64,000 bases of DNA from Paragordius varius (Eukaryota > Animalia > Nematomorpha): NCBI GenBank assembly GCA_964247055.1, contig OZ176050.1, positions 4,836,001-4,900,000 on the forward strand, written 5' to 3'. Within the stretch, counting starts at the first letter, position 1. The number at the start of each line of letters is the position of its first letter. This document shows positions 63,842-64,000 of this stretch, in pieces. The position numbers and the translations under genes are program-made. The notes below the pieces were generated by a model, which had not been told where the DNA came from, searched no databases, and saw only the letters and a list, made by a program, of their open reading frames with translations.

Positions 63842-64000
63842 AAAAGTATTCATCATAAAGATGTAGACAACTCAATACAAACAAACTTACCGACACCTAA
63901 ATTGGACAATAACTCTGATATAAAAGCAAACGCTGAAAATTTGGAAGAAAAATTAGACGACTCCGACAATCCTAATCAAGAGATTAAATATCAAATAGTG
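63842..64000 (+). CDS. Probable coding exon running off the window end (unidentified)
   Basis: CCCATAG acceptor followed by 53 open, hydrophilic codons (KSIHHKDVDNSIQTNLPTPKLDNN...). Confidence 0.35.

Overview
AT-rich animal (metazoan) genomic DNA with spliceosomal GT-AG introns; the species cannot be identified from the sequence alone. Seven protein-coding genes could be reconstructed by hand: TFCP2/LSF (-), FTSJ1/TRM7 (+), Emx (-), a SAFB/SLTM-like RRM protein (-), BNIP3-like (+), FGFR (-) and BCCIP (+, 3' end unresolved). A probable partial exon runs off the right edge. Between and inside the genes lie two Penelope-like retroelements, two RTE LINE copies, hAT/pogo/piggyBac fossils and several MITE families. 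Most notable: (1) four frame-required introns of only 22-23 nt, alongside ordinary 47-120 nt introns; (2) minimal type I hammerhead ribozyme folds with a palindromic AATT stem III in the 3' repeats of both Penelope subfamilies, with different but still pairing stems; (3) a young, TSD-flanked, 5'-inverted Penelope with a twin-priming-like junction inside a FTSJ1 intron; (4) a PHD finger inside an RTE reverse transcriptase; (5) four neighbouring genes (Emx, BNIP3, FGFR, BCCIP) whose human homologues lie in 10q26. Gene models come from manual translation and remembered family motifs; no database search was run.
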